This document shows positions 11,920-24,900 of a DNA stretch of 64,000 nucleotides, piece after piece; position 1 is the stretch's first letter, and each line of letters opens with the position of its first letter. The notes beneath the pieces are model-generated. The model was not told the origin of the DNA, ran no database searches, and worked only from the letters and a program-made list of their open reading frames with translations. A program made the translations under genes and the position numbers. The stretch lies in the NCBI RefSeq assembly GCF_009914755.1, contig NC_060932.1. One strand, 5' to 3'. The stretch is from the human T2T-CHM13v2.0 reference genome, Homo sapiens.

Positions 11920-14900
11920 TAATCTCAGAAACATGTTTATGCTGTATCTACTCAACTAACTGTGCTGAACATTTCTATTGATAGAGCAGTTTTGAGACAC
12001 TCTTCTTTTGGAATCTGCAAGTGGATATTTGGATAGATTTGAGGATTTCGTTGGAAACGGGATTATATATCAAAAGTAGACAGCAGCATTCTCAGAAACT
12101 TCTTTGTGATGTTTGCATCCAGCTCTCAGAGTTGAACATTCCCTTTCATAGAGTAGGTTTGAAACCCTCTTTTTATAGTGTCTGGAAGCGGGCATTTGGA
12201 GCGCTTTCAGGCCTATGCTTAAAATAGGAAATATCTACCTACAGAAACTAGACAGAAGCATTCTGAGAATCACGTTTGTGATGTGGGTACTCAACTAACA
12301 GTGTTGATCCATTCTTTTGATACAGCAGTTTTGAACCACACTTTTTGTAGAATCTGCAAGAGGATATTTGGATAGCTGTGAGGATTTCGTTGGAAACGGG
12401 AATGTCTTCAAAGAAAATCTAGACAGAAGCATTCTCAGAAACACCTTCGTGATGTTTGCAATCAAGTCACAGAGTTGAACCTTCCGTTTCATAGAGCAGG
12501 TTGGAAACACTCTTATTGTAGTATCTGGAAGTGGACATTTGGAGCGCTTTCAGGCCTATGGTGAAAAAGGAAATATCTTCCCATAAAAACGACATAGAAG
12601 CTATCTCAGGAACTTGTTTATGATGCATCTAATCAACTAACAGTGTTGAACCTTTGTACTGACAGAGCAGTTTGAAACACTCTTTTTTTGGAATCTGCAA
12701 GTGGATATTTGGATCGCTTTGAGGATTTCGTTGGAAACGGGATGCAATATAAAACGTACACAGCAGCATACTCAGAAAATACTTTGCCATATTTCCATTC
12801 AAGTCACAGAGTGGAACATTCCCATTCATAGAGCAGGTTGGAAACACTCTTTTTGGAGTATCTGGAAGTGGACATTTGGAGCGCTTTCTGAACTATGGTG
12901 AAAAAGGAAATATCTTCCAATGAAAACAAGACAGAAGCATTCTGAGAAACTTATTTGTGATGTGTGTCCTCAACAAACGGACTTGAACCTTTCGTTTCAT
13001 GCAGTACTTCTGGAACACTCTTTTTGAAGATTCTGCATGCGGATATTTGGATAGCTTTGAGGATTTCGTTGGAAACGGTCTTACATGTAAAAATTAGACA
13101 GCAGCATTCTCAGAAACTTCTTTGTGGTGTCTGCATTCAAGTCACAGAATTGAACTTCCCCTCACATAGAGCAGTTGTGCAGCACTCTATTTGTAGTATC
13201 TGGAAGTGGACATTTGGAGGGCTTTGTAGCCTATCTGGAAAAAGGAAATATCTTCCCATGAATGCGAGATAGAAGTAATCTGAGAAACATGTTTATGCTG
13301 TATCTACTCAACTAACTGTGCTGAACATTTCTATTGATAGAGCAGTTTTGAGACACTCTTCTTTTGGAATCTGCAAGTGGATATTTGGATAGATTTGAGG
13401 ATTTCGTTGGAAACCGGATTATATATAAAAAGTAGACAGCAGCATTCTCAGAAACTTCTTTGTGATGTTTGCATCCAGCTCTCAGAGTTGAACATTCCCT
13501 TTCATAGAGTAGGTTTGAAACCCTCTTTTTATAGTGTCTGGAAGCGGGCATTTGGAGCGCTTTCAGGCCTATGCTTAAAATAGGAAATATCTACCTATAG
13601 AAACTAGACAGAAGCATTCTGAGAATCACGTTTGTGATGTGGGTACTCAACTAACAGTGTTGATCTATTCTTTTGATACAGCAGTTTTGAACCACACTTT
13701 TTGTAGAATCTGCAAGAGGATATTTGGATAGCTGTGAGGATTTCGTTGGAAACGGGAATGTCTTCAAAGAAAATCTAGACGGAAGCATTCTCAGAAATAC
13801 CTTCGTGATGTTTGCAATCAAGTCACAGAGTTGAACCTTCCGTTTCATAGAGCAGGTTGGAAACACTCTTATTGTAGTATCTGGAAGTGGACATTTGGAG
13901 CGCTTTCAGGCCTATGGTGAAAAAGGAAATATCTTCCCATAAAAACGATATAGAAGCTATCTCAGGAACTTGTTTATGATGCATCTAATCAACTAACAGT
14001 GTTGAACCTTTGTACTGACAGAGCAGTTTGAAACACTCTTTTTTTGGAATCTGCAAGTGGATATTTGGATCGCTTTGAGGATTTCGTTGGAAACGGGATG
14101 CAATATAAAACGTACACAGCAGCATACTCAGAAAATACTTTGCCATATTTCCATTCAAGTCACAGAGTGGAACATTCCCATTCATAGAGCAGGTTGGAAA
14201 CACTCTTTTTGGAGTATCTGGAAGTGGACATTTGGAGCGCTTTCTGAACTATGGTGAAAAAGGAAATATCTTCCAATGAAAACAAGACAGAAGCATTCTG
14301 AGAAACTTATTTGTGATGTGTGTCCTCAACAAACGGACTTGAACCTTTCGTTTCATGCAGTACTTCTGGAACACTCTTTTTGAAGATTCTGCATGCGGAT
14401 ATTTGGATAGCTTTGAGGATTTCGTTGGAAACGGGCTTACATGTAAAAATTAGACAGCAGCATTCTCAGAAACTTCTTTGTGGTGTCTGCATTCAAGTCA
14501 CAGAATTGAACTTCCCCTCACATAGAGCAGTTGTGCAGCACTCTATTTGTAGTATCTGGAAGTGGACATTTGGAGGGCTTTGTAGCCTATCTGGAAAAAG
14601 GAAATATCTTCCCATGAATGCGAGATAGAAGTAATCTCAGAAACATGTTTATGCTGTATCTACTCAACTAACTGTGCTGAACATTTCTATTGATAGAGCA
14701 GTTTTGAGACACTCTTCTTTTGGAATCTGCAAGTGGATATTTGGATAGATTTGAGGATTTCGTTGGAAACGGGATTATATATCAAAAGTAGACAGCAGCA
14801 TTCTCAGAAACTTCTTTGTGATGTTTGCATCCAGCTCTCAGAGTTGAACATTCCCTTTCATAGAGTAGGTTTGAAACCCTCTTTTTATAGTGTCTGGAAG

Positions 14901-15987
14901 CGGGCATTTGGAGCGCTTTCAGGCCTATGCTTAAAATAGGAAATATCTACCTACAGAAACTAGACAGAAGCATTCTGAGAATCACGTTTGTGATGTGGGT
15001 ACTCAACTAACAGTGTTGATCCATTCTTTTGATACAGCAGTTTTGAACCACACTTTTTGTAGAATCTGCAAGAGGATATTTGGATAGCTGTGAGGATTTC
15101 GTTGGAAACGGGAATGTCTTCAAAGAAAATCTAGACAGAAGCATTCTCAGAAACACCTTCGTGATGTTTGCAATCAAGTCACAGAGTTGAACCTTCCGTT
15201 TCATAGAGCAGGTTGGAAACACTCTTATTGTAGTATCTGGAAGTGGACATTTGGAGCGCTTTCAGGCCTATGGTGAAAAAGGAAATATCTTCCCATAAAA
15301 ACGACATAGAAGCTATCTCAGGAACTTGTTTATGATGCATCTAATCAACTAACAGTGTTGAACCTTTGTACTGACAGAGCAGTTTGAAACACTCTTTTTT
15401 TGGATTCTCCAAGTGGATATTTGGATCGCTTTGAGGATTTCGTTGGAAACGGGATGCAATATAAAACGTACACAGCAGCATACTCAGAAAATACTTTGCC
15501 ATATTTCCATTCAAGTCACAGAGTGGAACATTCCCATTCATAGAGCAGGTTGGAAACACTCTTTTTGGAATATCTGGAAGTGGACATTTGGAGCGCTTTC
15601 TGAACTATGGTGAAAAAGGAAATATCTTCCAATGAAAACAAGACAGAAGCATTCTGAGAAACTTATTTGTGATGTGTGTCCTCAACAAACGGACTTGAAC
15701 CTTTCGTTTCATGCAGTACTTCTGGAACACTCTTTTTGAAGATTCTGCATGCGGATATTTGGATAGCTTTGAGGATTTCGTTGGAAACGGGCTTACATGT
15801 AAAAATTAGACAGCAGCATTCTCAGAAACTTCTTTGTGGTGTCTGCATTCAAGTCACAGAATTGAACTTCCCCTCACATAGAGCAGTTGTGCAGCACTCT
15901 ATTTGTAGTATCTGGAAGTGGACATTTGGAGGGCTTTGTAGCCTATGTGGAAAAAGGAAATATCTTCCCATGAATGCGAGATAGAAG
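11920..15987 (+). repeat. Three tandem 8-mer HORs
   Basis: Anchors at 12021, 13377, 14733 and 16089, spacing 1356. Confidence 0.95.
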
Positions 15988-18900
15988 TAATCTCAGAAAC
16001 ATGTTTATGCTGTATCTACTCAACTAACTGTGCTGAACATTTCTATTGATAGAGCAGTTTTGAGACACTCTTCTTTTGGAATCTGCAAGTGGATATTTGG
16101 ATAGATTTGAGGATTTCGTTGGAAACGGGATTATATATAAAAAGTAGCAGCATTCTCAGAAACTTCTTTGTGATGTTTGCATCCAGCTCTCAGAGTTGAA
16201 CATTCCCTTTCATAGAGTAGGTTTGAAACCCTCTTTTTATAGTGTCTGGAAGCGGGCATTTGGAGCGCTTTCAGGCCTATGCTGAAAAAGGAAATATCTA
16301 CCTATAGAAACTAGACAGAAGCATTCTGAGAATCACGTTTGTGATGTGGGTACTCAACTAACAGTGTTGATCCATTCTTTTGATACAGCAGTTTTGAACC
16401 ACACTTTTTGTAGAATCTGCAAGTGGATATTTGGATAGCTGTGAGGATTTCGTTGGAAACGGGAATGTCTTCATAGAAAATTTAGACAGAAGCATTCTCA
16501 GAACCTTGATTGTGATGTGTGTTCTCCACTAACAGAGTTGAACCTTTCTTTTGACAGAACTGTTCTGAAACATTCTTTTTATAGAATCTGGAAGTGGATA
16601 TTTGGAAAGCTTTGAGGATTTCGTTGGAAACGGGAATATCTTCAAATAAAATCTAGCCAGAAGCATTCTAAGAAACATCTTAGGGATGTTTACATTCAAG
16701 TCACAGAGTTGAACATTCCCTTTCACAGAGCAGGTTTGAAACAATCTTCTCGTACTATCTGGCAGTGGACATTTTGAGCTCCTTGGGGCCTATGCTGAAA
16801 AAGGAAATATCTTCCGACAAAAACTAGACAGAAGCATTCGCAGAATCACGTTTGTGATGTGTGCACTCAACTGTCAGAATTGAACCTTGGTTTGGACAGA
16901 GCACTTTTGAAACACTCTTTTTGTAGAATCTGCAGGTGGATATTTGGCTAGCTTTGAGGATTTCGTTGGAAACGGTAATGTCTTCAAAGAAAATCTAGAC
17001 AGAAGCATTCTCAGAAACACCTTCGTGATGTTTGCAATCAAGTCACAGAGTTGAACCTTCCGTTTCATAGAGCAGGTTGGAAACACTCTTTTTGTAGTAT
17101 CTGGAAGTGGACATTTGGAGGGCTTTGTAGCCTATGTGGAAAAAGGAAATATCTTCCCATGAATGCGAGATAGAAGTAATCTCAGAAACATGTTTATGCT
17201 GTATCTACTCAACTAACTGTGCTGAACATTTCTATTGATAGAGCAGTTTTGAGACACTCTTCTTTTGGAATCTGCAAGTGGATATTTGGATAGATTTGAG
17301 GATTTCGTTGGAAACGGGATTATATATAAAAAGTAGACAGCAGCATTCTCAGAAACTTCTTTGTGATGTTTGCATCCAGCTCTCAGAGTTGAACATTCCC
17401 TTTCATAGAGTAGGTTTGAAACCCTCTTTTTATAGTGTCTGGAAGCGGGCATTTGGAGCGCTTTCAGGCCTATGCTTAAAATAGGAAATATCTACCTACA
17501 GAAACTAGACAGAAGCATTCTGAGAATCACGTTTGTGATGTTGGTACTCAACTAACAGTGTTGATCCATTCTTTTGATACAGCAGTTTTGAACCACACTT
17601 TTTGTAGAATCTGCAAGAGGATATTTGGATAGCTGTGAGGATTTCGTTGGAAACGGGAATGTCTTCAAAGAAAATCTAGACAGAAGCATTCTCAGAAACA
17701 CCTTCGTGATGTTTGCAATCAAGTCACAGAGTTGAACCTTCCGTTTCATAGAGCAGGTTGGAAACACTCTTATTGTAGTATCTGGAAGTGGACATTTGGA
17801 GCGCTTTCAGGCCTATGGTGAAAAAGGAAATATCTTCCCATAAAAACGACATAGAAGCTATCTCAGGAACTTTTTTATGATGCATCTAATCAACTAACAG
17901 TGTTGAACCTTTGTACTGACAGAGCAGTTTGAAACACTCTTTTTTTGGAATCTGCAAGTGGATATTTGGATCGCTTTGAGGATTTCGTTGGAAACGGGAT
18001 GCAATATAAAACGTACACAGCAGCATACTCAGAAAATACTTTGCCATATTTCCATTCAAGTCACAGAGTGGAACATTCCCATTCATAGAGCAGGTTGGAA
18101 ACACTCTTTTTGGAGTATCTGGAAGTGGACATTTGGAGCGCTTTCTGAACTATGGTGAAAAAGGAAATATCTTCCAATGAAAACAAGACAGAAGCATTCT
18201 GAGAAACTTATTTGTGATGTGTGTCCTCAACAAACGGACTTGAACCTTTCGTTTCATGCAGTACTTCTGGAACACTCTTTTTGAAGATTCTGCATGCGGA
18301 TATTTGGATAGCTTTGAGGATTTCGTTGGAAACGGTCTTACATGTAAAAATTAGACAGCAGCATTCTCAGAAACTTCTTTGTGGTGTCTGCATTCAAGTC
18401 ACAGAATTTAACTTCCCCTCACATAGAGCAGTTGTGCAGCACTCTATTTGTAGTATCTGGAAGTGGACATTTGGAGGGCTTTGTAGCCTATCTGGAAAAA
18501 GGAAATATCTTCCCATGAATGCGAGATAGAAGTAATCTCAGAAACATGTTTATGCTGTATCTAATCAACTAACTGTGCTGAACATTTCTATTGATAGAGC
18601 AGTTTTGAGACACTCTTCTTTTGGAATCTGCAAGTGGATATTTGGATAGATTTGAGGATTTCGTTGGAAACGGGATTATATATAAAAAGTAGACAGCAGC
18701 ATTCTCAGAAACTTCTTTGTGATGTTTGCATCCAGCTCTCAGAGTTGAACATTCCCTTTCATAGAGTAGGTTTGAAACCCTCTTTTTATAGTGTCTGGAA
18801 GCGGGCATTTGGAGCGCTTTCAGGCCTATGCTTAAAATAGGAAATATCTACCTACAGAAACTAGACAGAAGCATTCTGAGAATCACGTTTGTGATGTGGG

Positions 18901-21900
18901 TACTCAACTAACAGTGTTGATCCATTCTTTTGATACAGCAGTTTTGAACCACACTTTTTGTAGAATCTGCAAGTGGATATTTGGATAGCTGTGAGGATTT
19001 CGTTGGAAACGGGAATGTCTTCATAGAAAATGTAGACAGAAGCATTCTCAGAACCTTGATTGTGATGTGTGTTCTCCACTAACAGAGTTGAACCTTTCTT
19101 TTGACAGAACTGTTCTGAAACATTCTTTTTATAGAATCTGGAAGTGGATATTTGGAAAGCTTTGAGGATTTCGTTGGAAACGGGAATATCTTCAAATAAA
19201 ATCTAGCCAGAAGCATTCTAAGAAACATCTTAGGGATGTTTACATTCAAGTCACAGAGTTGAACATTCCCTTTCACAGAGCAGGTTTGAAACAATCTTCT
19301 CGTACTATCTGGAAGTGGACATTTTGAGCTCCTTGGGGCCTATGCTGAAAAAGGAAATATCTTCCGACAAAAACTAGACAGAAGCATTCGCAGAATCACG
19401 TTTGTGATGTGTGCACTCAACTGTCAGAATTGAACCTTGGTTTGGACAGAGCACTTTTGAAACACTCTTTTTGTAGAATCTGCAGGTGGATATTTGGCTA
19501 GCTTTGAGGATTTCGTTGGAAACGGTAATGTCTTCAAAGAAAATCTAGACAGAAGCATTCTCAGAAACACCTTCGTGATGTTTGCAATCAAGTCACAGAG
19601 TTGAACCTTCCGTTTCATAGAGCAGGTTGGAAACACTCTTTTTGTAGTATCTGGAAGTGGACATTTGGAGGGCTTTGTACCCTATGTGGAAAAAGGAAAT
19701 ATCTTCCCATGAATGCGAGATAGAAGTAATCTCAGAAACATGTTTATGCTGTATCTAATCAACTAACTGTGCTGAACATTTCTATTGATAGAGCAGTTTT
19801 GAGACACTCTTCTTTTGGAATCTGCAAGTGGATATTTGGATAGATTTGAGGATTTCGTTGGAAACGGGATTATATATAAAAAGTAGACAGCAGCATTCTC
19901 AGAAACTTCTTTGTGATGTTTGCATCCAGCTCTCAGAGTTGAACATTCCCTTTCATAGAGTAGGTTTGAAACCCTCTTTTTATAGTGTCTGGAAGCGGGC
20001 ATTTGGAGCGCTTTCAGGCCTATGCTTAAAATAGGAAATATCTACCTACAGAAACTAGACAGAAGCATTCTGAGAATCACGTTTGTGATGTGGGTACTCA
20101 ACTAACAGTGTTGATCCATTCTTTTGATACAGCAGTTTTGAACCACACTTTTTGTAGAATCTGCAAGAGGATATTTGGATAGCTGTGAGGATTTCGTTGG
20201 AAACGGGAATGTCTTCAAAGAAAATCTAGACAGAAGCATTCTCAGAAACACCTTCGTGATGTTTGCAATCAAGTCACAGAGTTGAACCTTCCGTTTCATA
20301 GAGCAGGTTGGAAACACTCTTATTGTAGTATCTGGAAGTGGACATTTGGAGCGCTTTCAGGCCTATGGTGAAAAAGGAAATATCTTCCCATAAAAACGAC
20401 ATAGAAGCTATCTCAGGAACTTGTTTATGAGGCATCTAATCAACTAACAGTGTTGAACCTTTGTACTGACAGAGCAGTTTGAAACACTCTTTTTTTGGAA
20501 TCTGCAAGTGGATATTTGGATCGCTTTGAGGATTTCGTTGGAAACGGGATGCAATATAAAACGTACACAGCAGCATACTCAGAAAATACTTTGCCATATT
20601 TCCATTCAAGTCACAGAGTGGAACATTCCCATTCATAGAGCAGGTTGGAAACACTCTTTTTGGAGTATCTGGAAGTGGACATTTGGAGCGCTTTCTGAAC
20701 TATGGTGAAAAAGGAAATATCTTCCAATGAAAACAAGACAGAAGCATTCTGAGAAACTTATTTGTGATGTGTGTCCTCAACAAACGGACTTGAACCTTTC
20801 GTTTCATGCAGTACTTCTGGAACACTCTTTTTGAAGATTCTGCATGCGGATATTTGGATAGCTTTGAGGATTTCGTTGGAAACGGGCTTACATGTAAAAA
20901 TTAGACAGCAGCATTCTCAGAAACTTCTTTGTGGTGTCTGCATTCAAGTCACAGAATTGAACATCCCCTCACATAGAGCAGTTGTGCAGCACTCTATTTG
21001 TAGTATCTGGAAGTGGACATTTGGAGGGCTTTGTAGCCTATGTGGAAAAAGGAAATATCTTCCCATGAATGCGAGATAGAAGTAATCTCAGAAACATGTT
21101 TATGCTGTACCTACTCAACTAACTGTGCTGAACATTTCTATTGATAGAGCAGTTTTGAGACACTCTTCTTTTGGAATCTGCAAGTGGATATTTGGATAGA
21201 TTTGAGGATTTCGTTGGAAACGGGATTATATATAAAAAGTAGACAGCAGCATTCTCAGAAACTTCTTTGTGATGTTTGCATCCAGCTCTCAGAGTTGAAC
21301 ATTCCCTTTCATAGAGTAGGTTTGAAACCCTCTTTTTATAGTGTCTGGAAGCGGGCATTTGGAGCGCTTTCAGGCCTATGCTGAAAAAGGAAATATCTAC
21401 CTATAGAAACTAGACAGAAGCATTCTGAGAATCACGTTTGTGATGTGGGTACTCAACTAACAGTGTTGATCCATTCTTTTGATACAGCAGTTTTGAACCA
21501 CACTTTTTGTAGAATCTGCAAGTGGATATTTGGATAGCTGTGAGGATTTCGTTGGAAACGGGAATGTCTTCATAGAAAATTTAGACAGAAGCATTCTCAG
21601 AACCTTGATTGTGATGTGTGTTCTCCACTAACAGAGTTGAACCTTTCTTTTGACAGAACTGTTCTGAAACATTCTTTTTATAGAATCTGGAAGTGGATAT
21701 TTGGAAAGCTTTGAGGATTTCGTTGGAAACGGGAATATCTTCAAATCAAATCTAGCCAGAAGCATTCTAAGAAACATCTTAGGGATGTTTACATTCAAGT
21801 CACAGAGTTGAACATTCCCTTTCACAGAGCAGGTTTGAAACAATCTTCTCGTACTATCTGGCAGTGGACATTTTGAGCTCCTTGGGGCCTATGCTGAAAA

Positions 21901-24900
21901 AGGAAATATCTTCCGACAAAAACTAGACAGAAGCATTCGCAGAATCACGTTTGTGATGTGTGCACTCAACTGTCAGAATTGAACCTTGGTTTGGACAGAG
22001 CACTTTTGAAACACTCTTTTTGTAGAATCTGCAGGTGGATATTTGGCTAGCTTTGAGGATTTCGTTGGAAACGGTAATGTCTTCAAAGAAAATCTAGACA
22101 GAAGCATTCTCAGAAACACCTTCGTGATGTTTGCAATCAAGTCACAGAGTTGAACCTTCCGTTTCATAGAGCAGGTTGGAAACACTCTTTTTGTAGTATC
22201 TGGAAGTGGACATTTGGAGGGCTTTGTAGCCTATGTGGAAAAAGGAAATATCTTCCCATGAATGCGAGATAGAAGTAATCTCAGAAACATGTTTATGCTG
22301 TATCTACTCAACTAACTGTGCTGAACATTTCTATTGATAGAGCAGTTTTGAGACACTCTTCTTTTGGAATCTGCAAGTGGATATTTGGATAGATTTGAGG
22401 ATTTCGTTGGAAACGGGATTATATATCAAAAGTAGACAGCAGCATTCTCAGAAACTTCTTTGTGATGTTTGCATCCAGCTCTCAGAGTTGAACATTCCCT
22501 TTCATAGAGTAGGTTTGAAACCCTCTTTTTATAGTGTCTGGAAGCGGGCATTTGGAGCGCTTTCAGGCCTATGCTTAAAATAGGAAATATCTACCTACAG
22601 AAACTAGACAGAAGCATTCTGAGAATCACGTTTGTGATGTGGGTACTCAACTAACAGTGTTGATCCATTCTTTTCATACAGCAGTTTTGAACCACACTTT
22701 TTGTAGAATCTGCAAGAGGATATTTGGATAGCTGTGAGGATTTCGTTGGAAAGGGGAATGTCTTCAAAGAAAATCTAGACAGAAGCATTCTCAGAAACAC
22801 CTTCGTGATGTTTGCAATCAAGTCACAGAGTTGAACCTTCCGTTTCATAGAGCAGGTTGGAAACACTCTTATTGTAGTATCTGGAAGTGGACATTTGGAG
22901 CGCTTTCAGGCCTATGGTGAAAAAGGAAATATCTTCCCATAAAAACGACATAGAAGCTATCTCAGGAACTTGTTTATGTTGCATCTAATCAACTAACAGT
23001 GTTGAACCTTTGTACTGACAGAGCAGTTTGAAACACTCTGTTTTTGGAATCTGCAAGTGGATATTTGGATCGCTTTGAGGATTTCGTTGGAAACGGGATG
23101 CAATATAAAACGTACACAGCAGCATACTCAGAAAATACTTTGCCATATTTCCATTCAAGTCACAGAGTGGAACATTCCCATTCATAGAGCAGGTTGGAAA
23201 CACTCTTTTTGGAATATCTGGAAGTGGACATTTGGAGCGCTTTCTGAACTATGGTGAAAAAGGAAATATCTTCCAATGAAAACAAGACAGAAGCATTCTG
23301 AGAAACTTATTTGTGATGTGTGTCCTCAACAAACGGACTTGAACCTTTCGTTTCATGCAGTACTTCTGGAACACTCTTTTTGAAGATTCTGCATGCGGAT
23401 ATTTGGATAGCTTTGAGGATTTCGTTGGAAACGGGCTTACATGTAAAAATTAGACAGCAGCATTCTCAGAAACTTCTTTGTGGTGTCTGCATTCAAGTCA
23501 CAGAATTGAACTTCCCCTCACATAGAGCAGTTGTGCAGCACTCTATTTGTAGTATCTGGAAGTGGACATTTGGAGGGCTTTGTAGCCTATGTGGAAAAAG
23601 GAAATATCTTCCCATGAATGCGAGATAGAAGTAATCTCAGAAACATGTTTATGCTGTATCTACTCAACTAACTGTGCTGAACATTTCTATTGATAGAGCA
23701 GTTTTGAGACACTCTTCTTTTGGAATCTGCAAGTGGATATTTGGATAGATTTGAGGATTTCGTTGGAAACGGGATTATATATAAAAAGTAGCAGCATTCT
23801 CAGAAACTTCTTTGTGATGTTTGCATCCAGCTCTCAGAGTTGAACATTCCCTTTCATAGAGTAGGTTTGAAACCCTCTTTTTATAGTGTCTGGAAGCGGG
23901 CATTTGGAGCGCTTTCAGGCCTATGCTGAAAAAGGAAATATCTACCTATAGAAACTAGACAGAAGCATTCTGAGAATCACGTTTGTGATGTGGGTACTCA
24001 ACTAACAGTGTTGATCCATTCTTTTGATACAGCAGTTTTGAACCACACTTTTTGTAGAATCTGCAAGTGGATATTTGGATAGCTGTGAGGATTTCGTTGG
24101 AAACGGGAATGTCTTCATAGAAAATTTAGACAGAAGCATTCTCAGAACCTTGATTGTGATGTGTGTTCTCCACTAACAGAGTTGAACCTTTCTTTTGACA
24201 GAACTGTTCTGAAACATTCTTTTTATAGAATCTGGAAGTGGATATTTGGAAAGCTTTGAGGATTTCGTTGGAAACGGGAATATCTTCAAATCAAATCTAG
24301 CCAGAAGCATTCTAAGAAACATCTTAGGGATGTTTACATTCAAGTCACAGAGTTGAACATTCCCTTTCACAGAGCAGGTTTGAAACAATCTTCTCGTACT
24401 ATCTGGCAGTGGACATTTTGAGCTCCTTGGGGCCTATGCTGAAAAAGGAAATATCTTCCGACAAAAACTAGACAGAAGCATTCGCAGAATCACGTTTGTG
24501 ATGTGTGCACTCAACTGTCAGAATTGAACCTTGGTTTGGACAGAGCACTTTTGAAACACTCTTTTTGTAGAATCTGCAGGTGGATATTTGGCTAGCTTTG
24601 AGGATTTCGTTGGAAACGGTAATGTCTTCAAAGAAAATCTAGACAGAAGCATTCTCAGAAACACCTTCGTGATGTTTGCAATCAAGTCACAGAGTTGAAC
24701 CTTCCGTTTCATAGAGCAGGTTGGAAACACTCTTTTTGTAGTATCTGGAAGTGGACATTTGGAGGGCTTTGTAGCCTATGTGGAAAAAGGAAATATCTTC
24801 CCATGAATGCGAGATAGAAGTAATCTCAGAAACATGTTTATGCTGTATCTACTCAACTAACTGTGCTGAACATTTCTATTGATAGAGCAGTTTTGAGACA

